A stretch of 64,000 bases of DNA from the NCBI GenBank assembly GCA_942491175.1, contig CALNZO010000012.1:57521-121520 (forward strand), read 5' to 3'. A program made the position numbers and the translations under genes. The notes under the pieces are model-generated. The model was not told the origin of the DNA and did not search any database. It saw nothing but the letters and a program-made list of their open reading frames with translations. Origin of the DNA: an uncultured bacterium (GTDB lineage: Bacteria > Cyanobacteriota > Cyanobacteriia > PCC-6307 > Cyanobiaceae). Below, one piece after another: positions 52,064 through 63,145 of the stretch. Position 1 is the first letter of the stretch. Every line of letters starts with the position of its first letter.

Positions 52064-53629
52064 ATGCCCGGTTCTGATCGCAGCGCCTTCCTCGCCCGCA
52101 TCGCCGGTGGGGAGGCCGCTGCCGACGTGGGCCCCAATTTCCTGCCCCTCTGGAAACGCTGGCCCGCCGACCTGGAGACACCCCTGACCACCTGGCTGAA
52201 GGTGGGGGCCGAGAGCAGCCACGGCGTGCTGCTGGAGTCGGTGGAAGGGGGCGAGCAGCTGGGTCGCTGGAGCTTCGTCGTCAGTGATCCGCTCTGGACC
52301 CTCACCTGCCGGGGTGATCAGGGTGAGAAGAGCTGGCGGGATGGCCGCAGCGAACGCCTGCGGGGCAACCCCTTCGATCTGCTCAGGGGGGCGCTGACGA
52401 CTGTGCGTCCCGGCCCCGTGGAGGGTCTGCCGAAGGTGGCCCAGCTGTTCGGGTTCTGGGGCTACGAGCTGATCCAGTGGATCGAGCCCACCGTGCCGGT
52501 GCACCCCGCCTCGACGGGCGCCCCCCCGGACGGCTGCTGGATGCTGGCGGACAGCCTGCTGGTGTTCGACCAGGTGAAGCGCCAGATCACCGCCGTGGCC
52601 TACGTGGATCTCTCAGGCGGAGCCGATCCGGCCGAGGCCTACGACAGGGCCGCCACGCGCATCGAGGCCCTCGAGAAGCGCATGCATGCCCCCCTGCCCG
52701 GCCACGTCAGGCCCCTGGCCTGGCATGAGGCCAGCGGCGCCGAGCTGGACACCCGCAGCAACCGTGACCGGGCCGACTTCGAAGCCGCCGTGGCGGCGGC
52801 GGCCGAGCACATCGCCGCCGGTGACGTGTTCCAGCTGGTGCTGAGCCAACGGCTGGAAACCAGGGTGAGCCATGACCCCTTCGAGCTCTACCGCAGCCTG
52901 CGGATGGTCAACCCCTCGCCCTACATGGCGTTCTTCAACTTCGGCGACTGGCACCTGATCGGTTCGAGCCCCGAGGTGATGGTCAAGGCGGAGCCCTGCC
53001 CGGAGGGAGTGAAGGCCTCGCTGCGGCCCATCGCCGGCACCCGTCCCCGCGGGGAGGATGCCCAGACGGATGGGGCCCTGGCCGAGGAGCTGCTGGCCGA
53101 TCCCAAGGAGCGGGCCGAGCACGTGATGCTGGTGGATCTGGGCCGCAACGACCTGGGCAGGGTCTGCCGCGCCGGTTCGGTGCAGGTCACCGAGCTGATG
53201 GTGATCGAGAAGTACTCCCATGTGATGCACATCGTCAGCCAGGTGGAGGGGCTGCTGACCCAGGATCACGACATCTGGGATCTGCTGATGGCCTCCTTCC
53301 CGGCCGGCACCGTGAGCGGCGCCCCCAAGATCCGTGCCATGCAGCTGATCCATGCCCTCGAACCGGATGCCCGGGGTCCCTATTCGGGGGTCTACGGAGC
53401 GGTGGATCTGGCCGGTGAGCTGAACACGGCGATCACGATCCGCACCATGGTTGTCCTGCCCCACCCCGAGGGCGGCTGGAGGGTGCAGGTCCAGGCCGGG
53501 GCGGGCATCGTGGCCGATTCCAGGCCTGCAGCGGAGTACCAGGAAACCCTCAACAAGGCGCGGGGCATGCTCAAGGCCCTCGCCTGCCTGGAGCCCGCGC
53601 CGGCCGGCAGCAGCGGCCCGGGGCCATGA
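52064..53629 (+). CDS. trpE: anthranilate synthase component I
   Basis: LLESVEGG, NPSPYM, PIAGTRPRG, KERAEHVMLVDLGRND, FPAGTVSGAPK. Confidence 0.96.
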   Translation: MPGSDRSAFLARIAGGEAAADVGPNFLPLWKRWPADLETPLTTWLKVGAESSHGVLLESVEGGEQLGRWSFVVSDPLWTLTCRGDQGEKSWRDGRSERLRGNPFDLLRGALTTVRPGPVEGLPKVAQLFGFWGYELIQWIEPTVPVHPASTGAPPDGCWMLADSLLVFDQVKRQITAVAYVDLSGGADPAEAYDRAATRIEALEKRMHAPLPGHVRPLAWHEASGAELDTRSNRDRADFEAAVAAAAEHIAAGDVFQLVLSQRLETRVSHDPFELYRSLRMVNPSPYMAFFNFGDWHLIGSSPEVMVKAEPCPEGVKASLRPIAGTRPRGEDAQTDGALAEELLADPKERAEHVMLVDLGRNDLGRVCRAGSVQVTELMVIEKYSHVMHIVSQVEGLLTQDHDIWDLLMASFPAGTVSGAPKIRAMQLIHALEPDARGPYSGVYGAVDLAGELNTAITIRTMVVLPHPEGGWRVQVQAGAGIVADSRPAAEYQETLNKARGMLKALACLEPAPAGSSGPGP

Positions 53630-54789
53630 GGGTTCCCCTGCTGCTGAAGGGCTTCGAAGTGGAGATGTACACCGGCCGGGCCGACGGCACGGTGGTCGGT
53701 TGCTCCGAGCAGGTGGCCGCGGACCTCTCGGACTTCATGACCGAACCGGACCACCGCAACCTGGAATACGTCACCCCGCCCGAGGCCGGGTACACCACCC
53801 AGCTGGAGCTCTTGCTGGAACCGCGGCGGCGCCTGCGCCACTGGCTGCGGCCCCGGGGGCTGACCCTGCTGCCGGGCAGCAGCCTGAGCCTGGGGGACAG
53901 CCGTCGCTTCGAGCGGTCTGATCCCACCAACCCTTACCACAGCTACATCGAGGCCACCTACGGCACCCGGGTGGTGACCGCCAGTGTTCACATCAACCTG
54001 GGGCTGACGCCCATGGCGCCCCTGTTCGCGGCCCTGCGGCTGATCCGCTGCGAAGCGGCCCTGCTGCTGGCCCTCAGCGCCAGCTCCCCCTTCCTTGACG
54101 GGGTGGCCACCGGGGCCCACTCCCAGCGCTGGCTGCAGTTTCCCGTCACCCCGGCAAGGGTGCCCCTGTTCCGGGACCATGCTCACTACATCCGCTGGAT
54201 GGAGGAGCAGCTGGCCGCCGGGACGATGCGGAACGTGCGCCACCTGTGGACCTCGGTCAGGCCCAACGGCGACGACCGTCCCCATGGCCTCAACCGCCTG
54301 GAGATCCGCATCTGCGACCTGATCGACGATCCGCAGCTGCTGCTGGCGGTCACCGCCTACGCGGAACTGCGCCTGCACCAGTTGCTGCAGGATCCCCGGG
54401 ATCTGGATCCCCTGCTGGCCAGCCGACTCGATGCCGACGCGCTGGAGGCCCTCGCGGATGCCAACGACCAGGCGGCGGCACGCTCGAGCCTGGAGGCGGA
54501 GCTGGTTCACTGGCGCTCCGGGGAACCGATCGGGGCCCGCGACTGGATCGCCACCGACCTGGAGGCGATGGCGCCGCTGGCGGCGCAGATGGGGCTGGAG
54601 CGCTGGCTGAGCCCACTGACCGACCTGCTCTGCGAGGGCAACCAGGCCATGCGATGGCTCGCCCGCCATCGTCGCGGCGAAAGCATCGGTGCCATCATCG
54701 GCAGCGAGGCCGCAGCTCTCGAGAAGCGGGAGAAGGCGCTGGACGCATGGCTGGCGACAGAAGCGGCCCAGGCTCCTGGAGGATCATGA
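53626..54789 (+). CDS. gshA: glutamate-cysteine ligase (cyanobacterial type)
   Basis: [50 protein letters not shown]. Confidence 0.92.
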   Translation: MRVPLLLKGFEVEMYTGRADGTVVGCSEQVAADLSDFMTEPDHRNLEYVTPPEAGYTTQLELLLEPRRRLRHWLRPRGLTLLPGSSLSLGDSRRFERSDPTNPYHSYIEATYGTRVVTASVHINLGLTPMAPLFAALRLIRCEAALLLALSASSPFLDGVATGAHSQRWLQFPVTPARVPLFRDHAHYIRWMEEQLAAGTMRNVRHLWTSVRPNGDDRPHGLNRLEIRICDLIDDPQLLLAVTAYAELRLHQLLQDPRDLDPLLASRLDADALEALADANDQAAARSSLEAELVHWRSGEPIGARDWIATDLEAMAPLAAQMGLERWLSPLTDLLCEGNQAMRWLARHRRGESIGAIIGSEAAALEKREKALDAWLATEAAQAPGGS

Positions 54790-57700
54790 ACAGCACCACC
54801 GTCCCGAGCGCCCCCATGCGGCCACCCCTGACCGAACCCTCGGTTGTCCCCGCCGAGGCGTCTCCCGGGGTGATCCGGTTGCTGACCGAACGGCTGGAGC
54901 TGGTCGAGGACCTCTGGCAGACGGTGCTGCGCAGCGAATGCCCGCCTGAGCAGGTGGATCGGCTGCTGCGGCTCAAGCAGATGAGCGGCCCGATCGCACC
55001 CGGCCTGGAAACGGAGGCCTCCACCGTCGTCGAAACCGAGGGCATCGTTGCGCTGATCAAGGAGATGGACCTGGCCGAGGGCATCGCGGCCGCCCGGGCT
55101 TTCTCGCTCTACTTCCAGCTGGTCAACATCCTCGAGCAGCACATCGAGGAGGACAGCTACCTGGAGAGCATCAAACGGGCACCCTCCTCCGCCAGCAACG
55201 ACCCGTTCCTGCCGGCCCTGGCCAGCCAGAGCGATCCCGCCACCTTCCGCCAGCTGTTCGAGCGCCTGCGCGCCCTCAATGTGCCGCCGGGCCAGCTGGA
55301 GTCCCTGCTGCGGGAGCTCGACATCCGGCTGGTGTTCACCGCCCACCCCACGGAGATCGTGCGCCACACCGTGCGGCACAAGCAGCGGCGGGTGGCGGCC
55401 CTGATCCAGAAGCTGCAGGTCAACGTTCAGGGCAATCCGGACGACAACGACAGGCTGCGCCAGCAGCTGGAGGAGGAGATCCGCCTGTGGTGGCGCACCG
55501 ATGAACTGCACCAGTTCAAACCGTCGGTGATCGATGAGGTCGACTACGCCCTGCATTACTTCCAGCAGGTGCTCTTCGACGCCCTGCCCCAGCTGCGCCA
55601 GCGCATCCGCGCCGCCCTCGCGGCCAGCTACCCGGACGTGCAGCCCCCCCGGGACGCCTTCTGCACCTTCGGCTCCTGGGTGGGCTCCGACCGGGACGGC
55701 AACCCCTCGGTGACGCCGGACGTGACCTGGCGCACCGCCTGCTTCCAGCGGCAGCTGATGCTGGCCCGCTACATCCAGTCGGTGTCCATCCTGCGCGACC
55801 AGCTCAGCATCTCGATGCAGTGGAGCCAGGTGAGCGCTCCCCTGCTGGAGTCGCTGGAGATGGACCGGTTGCGCTTCCCGGAGATCTACGAGGAGCGCGC
55901 GGCCCGCTACCGACTCGAGCCCTACCGCCTCAAGCTGAGTTACACCCTGGAGCGGCTGCGGCTCACCCAGCTGCGCAACCAGCAGCTGGCCGATGCGGGC
56001 TGGGAATCCCCCTGCGACGGCTCCTCCGGCAACGAAGCCGGCCTGACCAGCCTGATGGACCCCGCTCCTCCCCAGGAGCTGCACTACGGCTCGGTGGAGG
56101 AATTCCGCACCGACCTGGAGCTGGTCAAGGAGAGCCTCGATGCCACCGGCCTGAGCTGCGAAGCCCTGCAGGACCTGCTCAGCCAGGTGCACATCTTCGC
56201 CTTCTCCCTGGCCAGCCTGGACATCCGGCAGGAGAGCACCCGCCACAGCGATGCCATCGATGAGCTCAGCCGTTACCTGCTCCTGCCGGTGCCCTACGGC
56301 GAGATGAACGAGGCGCAGCGGGTGGAGTGGCTGCTGAGCGAACTCAAGACCCGTCGCCCGCTCCTGCCGCCGGCGGCCCGCTGGAGCGCCCCCACCGCCG
56401 AAACCTTCGCCGTGTTCCGGATGCTGCAGCGGCTGCAGCAGGAATTCGGCCGCCGCATCTGCCGCACCTACGTGATCTCCATGAGTCACACGGTGTCCGA
56501 CCTGCTGGAGGTGGTGCTGCTGGCCAAGGAGGCGGGGCTGGTGGATCCCATGGCCCAGAAATCGGCCCTGCTGGTGATCCCCCTGTTCGAGACGGTGGAA
56601 GACCTCCAGGGGGCACCTGCCGTGATGGAGCGTCTGTTTGCCGATCCCTTCTATCGCCAGCTGCTGATCAGCAACAGCGACGGCGACCAACCCCTCCAGG
56701 AGGTGATGCTGGGTTACTCCGACAGCAACAAGGACTCCGGCTTCCTCTCCAGCAACTGGGAGATCCACCGGGCCCAGATCGCCCTGCAGTCGCTCGCCGA
56801 TGCCCACGGCGTGGCCCTGCGCATCTTCCACGGCCGCGGTGGATCGGTGGGACGGGGCGGCGGCCCCGCCTACCAGGCGATCCTGGCCCAGCCCAGCGGC
56901 ACCCTCAAGGGACGCATCAAGATCACCGAGCAGGGGGAGGTGCTGGCCTCCAAGTACTCCCTGCCCGAACTGGCCCTCTACAACCTGGAGACGGTCACCA
57001 CCGCCGTGCTGCAGAACAGCATGGTGAGCACGCCGGTGGACGACACCCCCACCTGGAACGTGCTGATGGAGAGGCTCGCAGCCCGCTCCCGCGACCACTA
57101 CCGGGCGCTGGTGCACAACAACCCTGATCTGGTGGCCTTCTTCCAGCAGGTGACCCCGATCGAGGAGATCAGCAAGCTGCAGATCTCCAGCCGGCCGGCA
57201 CGGCGCAAGAGCGGCGCCAAGGATCTCTCCAGCCTGCGGGCCATCCCCTGGGTGTTCGGCTGGACCCAGAGCCGCTTCCTGCTGCCCAGCTGGTACGGGG
57301 TGGGCACGGCCCTGAAGGCCGAGCTCGACGCCGACGGCGAGCAGATGGAACTGCTGCAGCTGCTCTATCAGCGCTGGCCGTTCTTCCGCATGCTGATCTC
57401 CAAGGTGGAGATGACCCTCTCCAAGGTGGACCTGGAGCTGGCCCGCCACTACGTCACCTCCCTGGGGCGTCCCCAGAACCGGGAGGCCTTCGAGCAGATC
57501 TTCGCCGCCATCGCCAGCGAGTTCGCCCTCACCCACGCGCTGGTGCTCCGCATCAGCAACCACACCCGCCTGCTCGACGGCGACCCCGCCCTGCAGCTGT
57601 CGGTCGACCTGCGCAATCGCACCATCATTCCCCTGGGTTACCTGCAGGTGGCCCTGCTGCGCCGGCTGCGGGACCAGAAACGGCAGCCGCCGATGAGTGA

Positions 57701-57821
57701 GGGGCTGGGCGAGAGCCCGGAGGGCGGCGGCGACGGCCGCACCTACAGCCGCAGCGAGCTGCTCCGCGGCGCCCTGCTTACCATCAACGGCATCGCCGCA
57801 GGCATGCGCAACACGGGCTGA
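54786..57821 (+). CDS. ppc: phosphoenolpyruvate carboxylase
   Basis: [58 protein letters not shown]. Confidence 0.99.
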   Translation: MNSTTVPSAPMRPPLTEPSVVPAEASPGVIRLLTERLELVEDLWQTVLRSECPPEQVDRLLRLKQMSGPIAPGLETEASTVVETEGIVALIKEMDLAEGIAAARAFSLYFQLVNILEQHIEEDSYLESIKRAPSSASNDPFLPALASQSDPATFRQLFERLRALNVPPGQLESLLRELDIRLVFTAHPTEIVRHTVRHKQRRVAALIQKLQVNVQGNPDDNDRLRQQLEEEIRLWWRTDELHQFKPSVIDEVDYALHYFQQVLFDALPQLRQRIRAALAASYPDVQPPRDAFCTFGSWVGSDRDGNPSVTPDVTWRTACFQRQLMLARYIQSVSILRDQLSISMQWSQVSAPLLESLEMDRLRFPEIYEERAARYRLEPYRLKLSYTLERLRLTQLRNQQLADAGWESPCDGSSGNEAGLTSLMDPAPPQELHYGSVEEFRTDLELVKESLDATGLSCEALQDLLSQVHIFAFSLASLDIRQESTRHSDAIDELSRYLLLPVPYGEMNEAQRVEWLLSELKTRRPLLPPAARWSAPTAETFAVFRMLQRLQQEFGRRICRTYVISMSHTVSDLLEVVLLAKEAGLVDPMAQKSALLVIPLFETVEDLQGAPAVMERLFADPFYRQLLISNSDGDQPLQEVMLGYSDSNKDSGFLSSNWEIHRAQIALQSLADAHGVALRIFHGRGGSVGRGGGPAYQAILAQPSGTLKGRIKITEQGEVLASKYSLPELALYNLETVTTAVLQNSMVSTPVDDTPTWNVLMERLAARSRDHYRALVHNNPDLVAFFQQVTPIEEISKLQISSRPARRKSGAKDLSSLRAIPWVFGWTQSRFLLPSWYGVGTALKAELDADGEQMELLQLLYQRWPFFRMLISKVEMTLSKVDLELARHYVTSLGRPQNREAFEQIFAAIASEFALTHALVLRISNHTRLLDGDPALQLSVDLRNRTIIPLGYLQVALLRRLRDQKRQPPMSEGLGESPEGGGDGRTYSRSELLRGALLTINGIAAGMRNTG

Positions 57822-57837
57822 ACCCCTGAACTCCCTG

Positions 57838-58299
57838 TTGATCCCCTTCCGCAGTCATCCCCCGCCGCTCCGACTGCGGGAGGGTTACACCCTGCTGCAC
57901 CAGCACGATCCTGAACCGGCGGATCTCAACAGGCTGCTGGAGGCCTGCGGCGATCCCGCCCGCAGCCCGGACCGTTGGCGACGGGTGCTGGCCTGCAGCA
58001 CCTGGTACCTGGCGGTGCTCGATCCCACCGGAGAGCTGGTGGGCTTCGTGCGGGCCACCAGCGACCAGGCGCTGAACGCCAATCTCTGGGATCTGGTGGC
58101 CGATCCCGGCGACCCGGGGCGCGAGGAGGTGATCGGCGCCCTGGTGCAGGCGGCCCTGACCCGCCTGCGGCGGGAAATGAGCGGCTGCAGCATTTCCCTC
58201 TCCGCCCCCCCCGAAGCCCTCAAGGCCCTCACCAGGGTGGGCTTCGTGGTGGATCCCGGCGGCATCCGGGCCATGGGGCTCGATCTGCGCCCCGACTGA
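57838..58299 (+). CDS. GNAT-family N-acetyltransferase
   Basis: LVGFVRATSD, ANLWDLVADP, GFVVDPGGIRAM; TTG start inferred. Confidence 0.8.
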   Translation: MIPFRSHPPPLRLREGYTLLHQHDPEPADLNRLLEACGDPARSPDRWRRVLACSTWYLAVLDPTGELVGFVRATSDQALNANLWDLVADPGDPGREEVIGALVQAALTRLRREMSGCSISLSAPPEALKALTRVGFVVDPGGIRAMGLDLRPD

Positions 58300-58361
58300 T
58301 CGATCAGCCTGCAGCCCCACCTCGCCCGGAGGCATCCCCAGGAAAGGTGTGGCTGGACCGA

Positions 58362-58435
58362 CGAGCATGGAGGGACTCGAACCCCCGACATTCAGAACCG
58401 GAATCTGACGCTCTATCCAACTGAGCTACATGCCC
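58362..58435 (-). tRNA. tRNA-Arg(CCG)
   Basis: GGGCATGTAGCTCAGTTGGATAGAGCGTCAGATTCCGGTTCTGAATGTCGGGGGTTCGAGTCCCTCCATGCTCG. Confidence 0.97.
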
Positions 58436-58510
58436 AACATCGGCGGCCCGGATCCCGCAGGAGCCCATGCCTCCGATGGCGTTACCTTAGCGGCTGACTG
58501 CCCCAGAACC

Positions 58511-59614
58511 ATCCGGCTGCACCGCCTGGACCTCCGACAGTTCCGCAACATCGACGGGCTGGAACTGACGCTGGAAGCGCCCCGCCTGCTGGTGATCGGC
58601 AGCAACGGCCAGGGCAAGTCGAATCTGCTGGAGGGGGTGGAGCTGCTCACCAGCCTGCGCTCGCACCGCTGCAGCGTCGACCGGGACCTGATCGGCCATG
58701 GGCACCCCACCAGCCGGCTGAGCGCACTCACCGACGAGGGAGACAGCCTGCAGCTGCATCTGCGCCGAAGCGGCGGCCGCCAGGCGCTCCGCAACGGCAG
58801 GCTGCTGGAGCGCCAGCTCGACCTGATCGGCCCCCTGCGCAGCGTCGGCTTCAGCGCCCTCGACCTGGAGCTGGTGCGGGGGGAGCCCGCCCTGCGGCGT
58901 CAGTGGCTGGATCGGGTGGTGCTCCAGCTCGAGCCGCTCTACGGCGCCCTGCTGAGCCGTTACGGACGGCTGCTGCGCCAGCGCAGCCAGCTGCTGCGAC
59001 GGGGCCTCGGCGCCGGTCAGCGTCAGGAGCTGCTGGATGCCTTCGACCAGCAGATGGCCCTGGTCGGTGCCCGGCTGCATCGCCGCCGCCAGCGGGCCCT
59101 GTGGCGGCTGGAGCCCCTGGCGGTGGCCTGGCAGCAGCGGATCGGCGGGGCGGGGGAACCCCTGCGTCTGAATTACCTCAGCGGCACCGTGGCCGATGCC
59201 AGCGACGAGGAGGGGCCCTGGCGGGAGGCCCTCGAGGAGCAGCTGCGCCTGCAGCGGCCCCAGGAGGAGCGGCTGGGCCAGTGCCAGGTGGGCCCCCACC
59301 GGGACGAGGTGGCCCTGCTGCTCGGCGGCCAGCCGGCCCGGCGCTACGGGTCCGCCGGCCAGCAGCGCACCCTGGTGCTGGCCCTGAAGCTGGGGGAGCT
59401 GGACCTGGTGAACCAGGTGGTGGGTCAACCGCCGCTGCTGCTGCTGGACGACGTGCTGGCCGAGCTGGATCCGGGGCGCCAGCAACTGCTGCTGGAGGCG
59501 GTGGGTCACGGGCACCAGTGCCTGGTGAGCGCCACCCACCTGGAGGCCTTCAGCAGCGGCTGGCAGGCCCAGGGCCAGGTGGTGGAACTGTGCGGCGGCG
59601 CCCTGGTGGCCTGA
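58511..59614 (+). CDS. recF: DNA replication/repair protein RecF (start codon unclear)
   Basis: [43 protein letters not shown]. Confidence 0.95.
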   Translation: MRLHRLDLRQFRNIDGLELTLEAPRLLVIGSNGQGKSNLLEGVELLTSLRSHRCSVDRDLIGHGHPTSRLSALTDEGDSLQLHLRRSGGRQALRNGRLLERQLDLIGPLRSVGFSALDLELVRGEPALRRQWLDRVVLQLEPLYGALLSRYGRLLRQRSQLLRRGLGAGQRQELLDAFDQQMALVGARLHRRRQRALWRLEPLAVAWQQRIGGAGEPLRLNYLSGTVADASDEEGPWREALEEQLRLQRPQEERLGQCQVGPHRDEVALLLGGQPARRYGSAGQQRTLVLALKLGELDLVNQVVGQPPLLLLDDVLAELDPGRQQLLLEAVGHGHQCLVSATHLEAFSSGWQAQGQVVELCGGALVA

Positions 59615-59701
59615 GGGCCGATCCCCCCGGCGCCGCAAGGGACCTGGCGAACACTCCCCAACCATTCAGCGCGTATGGTGTGGCCTGTTTGCCCGCATCT
59701 G

Positions 59702-60238
59702 ATGCATCAGCGCCTCTCCAGCCTGCATCCCAACCCGGGATGGAAGCCAGCCGCCTCTCCTGCACTCTCCGTCGCAACAGCAGCTGCACCCACGGTCGAG
59801 ACCCCAGCTGCAGCACCGGTCTCCAGTCCTGTCGACACCACCGACGCGGTAGGAAAACACTGCATCCTCGAGCTCTACAACTGCGACTGCGCACGGCTCG
59901 ACGACGAAGCTTTCCTCAGGGACACCATCACGACAGCAGCCAAACGTGCTGGCGCCACCCTGCTCAACCTGATCACCCACCGCTTCGAACCCCAGGGCGT
60001 CACGGGCCTGGCCCTGCTGGCGGAATCCCACATCTCCATCCACACCTGGCCCGAGTCGGGCTACGCGGCGGTGGATGTGTTCACCTGCGGTGACCACACC
60101 ATGCCCGAACGGGCCTGCCAGGTGCTGTGGGAGGAGCTGGGAGCCGGCCGCCACAAGCTGACCAGCTTCCGCCGCGAAACCCCCGAGGCCCTCGGTGAGG
60201 CCGGCCGCGAGCCGGCGCCGGTGCTGGCGGCCGGCTGA
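59702..60238 (+). CDS. speD: S-adenosylmethionine decarboxylase proenzyme family
   Basis: [34 protein letters not shown]. Confidence 0.92.
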   Translation: MHQRLSSLHPNPGWKPAASPALSVATAAAPTVETPAAAPVSSPVDTTDAVGKHCILELYNCDCARLDDEAFLRDTITTAAKRAGATLLNLITHRFEPQGVTGLALLAESHISIHTWPESGYAAVDVFTCGDHTMPERACQVLWEELGAGRHKLTSFRRETPEALGEAGREPAPVLAAG

Positions 60239-60254
60239 GGCTGGGGTCGCACCC

Positions 60255-61121
60255 TCAGGACACGGCGATGTCCCGGTTCAGCTTGCCGCTCACCAGCCCC
60301 TCCAGATCGAGGGCCACCGCCGTGAAGCCCAGGCCGGTGAAGGCAGCCACCAGCTCAGGTCGCAGCTGGCCACGGGCCAGACGCTCCAGGGCCGCCGGCA
60401 AGGCGGCGGCAGGGAACTCGATGCGGGCCGTTTCCCCCTGGCTGCGCACCCGCAGTTCGGGGAATCCCCGCTGGCGAAGCCAGTCCTCGGCCGCGGCCAC
60501 CCGGGCCAGTCGGGAGGCGCTGATCGCTTCGCCGTAGGGGAAGCGGGAGGCGAGGCAGGGCTGGGCCGGCTTGTCCCACCAGGGCAGCCCCAGAGCCCGG
60601 GAGAGCTGGCGCACCCCCGCCTTGTCGATGCCGGCCTCGGCCAGGGGGGACAGCACACCGAACTCCCGGGCGGCGCGGATGCCGGGCCGGTGATCGCCCA
60701 GGTCGTCGCGGTTGACCCCATCGAGCACCTGGGCCCCCTCGGCGGCGGCGGCGATGGGGGCCAGCAGGCGGTGCAGCTCCCGTTTACAGGCGTAGCAGCG
60801 GTCCTCGGGGTTGCTGGTGTAGGCGGGATCGGCCAGCTCAGCGGTGGCCAGCTCCCGGTGGCGCAGGCCCAGCCAGCGGGCCTGGTCGCTGGCCTCCCGG
60901 CGCAGGTGGGGGGCGAGGGCCGGCGACACGCCGGTGATCGCCAGGGCCCGCTCGCCCAGCCGGTCGCCGGCCAGGGCTGCCACCAGGGCGCTGTCGACGC
61001 CACCGGAATAGGCCACCACCACCCGGGAGAAGCTCCCGAGCCGCTGGCAGAGCTGCTCCAGCCCCCGCTCCAGGGGGGCCGGCAGGGCTTCCAGCAGGGT
61101 GAGGCGGGAGGGAGCGGACAT
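60255..61121 (-). CDS. larE: LarE-family ATP-dependent sulfur transferase
   Basis: VAYSGGVDS PP-loop, RCYACK, DDLGDHRPG, WDKPAQPCLASRFPYGE, RVR. Confidence 0.9.
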   Translation of the reverse strand: MSAPSRLTLLEALPAPLERGLEQLCQRLGSFSRVVVAYSGGVDSALVAALAGDRLGERALAITGVSPALAPHLRREASDQARWLGLRHRELATAELADPAYTSNPEDRCYACKRELHRLLAPIAAAAEGAQVLDGVNRDDLGDHRPGIRAAREFGVLSPLAEAGIDKAGVRQLSRALGLPWWDKPAQPCLASRFPYGEAISASRLARVAAAEDWLRQRGFPELRVRSQGETARIEFPAAALPAALERLARGQLRPELVAAFTGLGFTAVALDLEGLVSGKLNRDIAVS

Positions 61122-61172
61122 GACGGAGATCCTGGCAAGGCTGGGTAGCATCCGGTTCGGATCCTCCCGCCG

Positions 61173-62336
61173 ATGTCCCCCGCCGCCCGCAGCACCCAGA
61201 CTCCCCAACGCGGCACCGGGCGGGGGATCGGCATCCGCACCGCCGCCGGCAGCGTGGAGCGGGCCCACGGCCAGCTGCACGTCTACGACGGGGAAGGCAA
61301 GGGCAAAAGCCAGGCGGCCCTTGGCGTGGTGCTGCGCACCATCGGCCTGGGCATCTGCGAGCAGAAGCGCACCCGGGTGTTGCTGCTGCGGTTTCTCAAG
61401 GGCCCTGGCCGCGCCTATGACGAGGACAGTGCCATCGAGGCGCTGCAGCAGGGCTTCCCCCACCTGATCGACCAGGTGCGCACCGGCCGGGGCGATTTCT
61501 TCACGGCGGAGGAGGCCACCAGCTTCGATCGCCAGGAGGCCCAGCGCGGCTGGGACATCGCCAAAGGGGCCATCGCCAGCAATCTCTACTCGGTGGTGGT
61601 GCTCGACGAGCTCAACCCCGTGCTCGACCTGGGCCTGCTCGACACCGAGGAGGTGGTGCGCACCCTGGCCACCAAGCCGGCGGGCATGGAGGTGATCTGC
61701 ACGGGCCGGGGCGCACCGCGTCCGCTGGTGCAGATGGCGGATCTGCACTCGGAGATGCGCGCCCACAACGGGCCGGACCAGGGGCTGGAGGGGCTGGAGA
61801 TCTACACCGGCGAAGGCAAGGGCAAATCCACCAGCGCCCTGGGCAAGGGCCTGCAGGCCATCGGCCGCGGCATCAGCCAGGACAAGAGCCACCGGGTGCT
61901 GATCCTGCAGTGGCTCAAGGGCGGGGCGGGCTACACCGAGGACGCGGCGATCGCCGCCCTGCGGGAGAGCTACCCCCACCTGGTGGATCACCTGCGCTCG
62001 GGGCGCGACGCGATCGTGTGGCGCGGCCAGCAGCAGCCGATCGACTACGTGGAGGCGGAGCGGGCCTGGGAGATCGCCAGGGCAGCCATCTCCAGCGGCC
62101 TCTACAAGACCGTGATCCTCGATGAGCTCAACCCCACCGTTGATCTGGAGCTGCTGCCGGTGGAGCCGATCGTGCAGACCCTGCTGCGCAAGCCCACCGA
62201 AACCGAGGTGATCATCACAGGCCGCTGCAAGAGCCGGCCCGCCTACTTCGATCTGGCCAGCGTGCACTCGGAGATGGTGTGCCACAAGCACTACGCCGAG
62301 CGGGGCGTGGACCTCAAGCGAGGCGTCGACTACTGA
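61173..62336 (+). CDS. cobO: cob(I)alamin adenosyltransferase, tandem two-domain form
   Basis: Two repeats of Y(D/T)GEGKGKS...LDELNP...TGR...SEM. Confidence 0.9.
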   Translation: MSPAARSTQTPQRGTGRGIGIRTAAGSVERAHGQLHVYDGEGKGKSQAALGVVLRTIGLGICEQKRTRVLLLRFLKGPGRAYDEDSAIEALQQGFPHLIDQVRTGRGDFFTAEEATSFDRQEAQRGWDIAKGAIASNLYSVVVLDELNPVLDLGLLDTEEVVRTLATKPAGMEVICTGRGAPRPLVQMADLHSEMRAHNGPDQGLEGLEIYTGEGKGKSTSALGKGLQAIGRGISQDKSHRVLILQWLKGGAGYTEDAAIAALRESYPHLVDHLRSGRDAIVWRGQQQPIDYVEAERAWEIARAAISSGLYKTVILDELNPTVDLELLPVEPIVQTLLRKPTETEVIITGRCKSRPAYFDLASVHSEMVCHKHYAERGVDLKRGVDY

Positions 62337-62376
62337 GACCACCGGGCGAGCGGCCCCGGGGGCGTGGAGAGGTTCC

Positions 62377-63024
62377 TTACTCCGGGCCCAGTTCCTCATC
62401 TTCAAGCAGCTCCACCTCCTCGGAGGCGATGAAGCGCCCCAGCAGCAGGCCCACCAGCAGCGCCACGTAGAGGGTGCTGGCGACGCTGACCAGGATCACG
62501 AAACGCTCCCCCACCGCATTGGCCGGCACGACGTCGCCATAGCCCACCCCGGCGATGGTGACGAAGCTGAAGTAGGTGAGTCGATCGAGCAGCAGCTGGT
62601 GAGCGGCATCGGCGCCGAGGCTGAAGCTGCCGGGCACCAGCACCTGGGTGGCGGTGGCGAGCACCCCGCCGGTGAGGCCCAGATGCAGGTAACCCGCCGC
62701 GGCCCCGGCCATCACCTGCACGTTCACCCGGGGCACCCGCGCCAGAAGGCGCACCAGCCGCATCGAGGTGATCAGGAAGAAGACACTCAGCAGCACCATC
62801 TCCGCGGCGCGGAAGGACCCTCCGGGCCACACTCCCCATGCCACCGGCAACCAGAGACCGAGGCCCCCCACCAGGCCGATCCCCCGGTAGAGCCCTTGCC
62901 GCACCCGGGAGAAGGGCTCCCCGGCCATCACCGGCAGGGTGCGGATCGACTGCAGAATCAGCAGATTGAACGCCAGGGCCAGCAGCAGATGGCCCTGCCA
63001 GCCCGGCAGGGCCGTGAAGGGCAT
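62377..63024 (-). CDS. potassium channel family (Ion_trans_2) membrane protein
   Basis: YFSFVTIAGVGYGDVVP pore motif flanked by transmembrane helices; open frame extends upstream of the ATG, so the start is uncertain. Confidence 0.8.
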   Translation of the reverse strand: MPFTALPGWQGHLLLALAFNLLILQSIRTLPVMAGEPFSRVRQGLYRGIGLVGGLGLWLPVAWGVWPGGSFRAAEMVLLSVFFLITSMRLVRLLARVPRVNVQVMAGAAAGYLHLGLTGGVLATATQVLVPGSFSLGADAAHQLLLDRLTYFSFVTIAGVGYGDVVPANAVGERFVILVSVASTLYVALLVGLLLGRFIASEEVELLEDEELGPE

Positions 63025-63145
63025 CAGCAGGATCGGCAGCAGGGCCGCCAGGAGCAGGGGCAGGAAACGCTTCTCAAGGGCGATCAGCCGCTGGACCTCC
63101 CGGCGGCGACCCTGCAGCCACCGCTTCCTGGCGGGGGAGAGCGGC

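Noticed and set aside
54246-54785. Apparent 180-aa N-terminal extension of PEP carboxylase
   Set aside because: It overlaps gshA; ATG 54786 has a GGAGG RBS and an ATGA overlap.
54507-57563. 1018-aa antisense ORF opposite ppc (also the long antisense ORFs opposite psbB, rpsA, metK, invertase and cobO)
   Set aside because: Shadow frames expected from high GC3 codon bias; they carry no protein motifs.
60255-62405. 716-aa ORF as a LarE fusion
   Set aside because: The upstream part is the antisense shadow of cobO; LarE starts at 61121.
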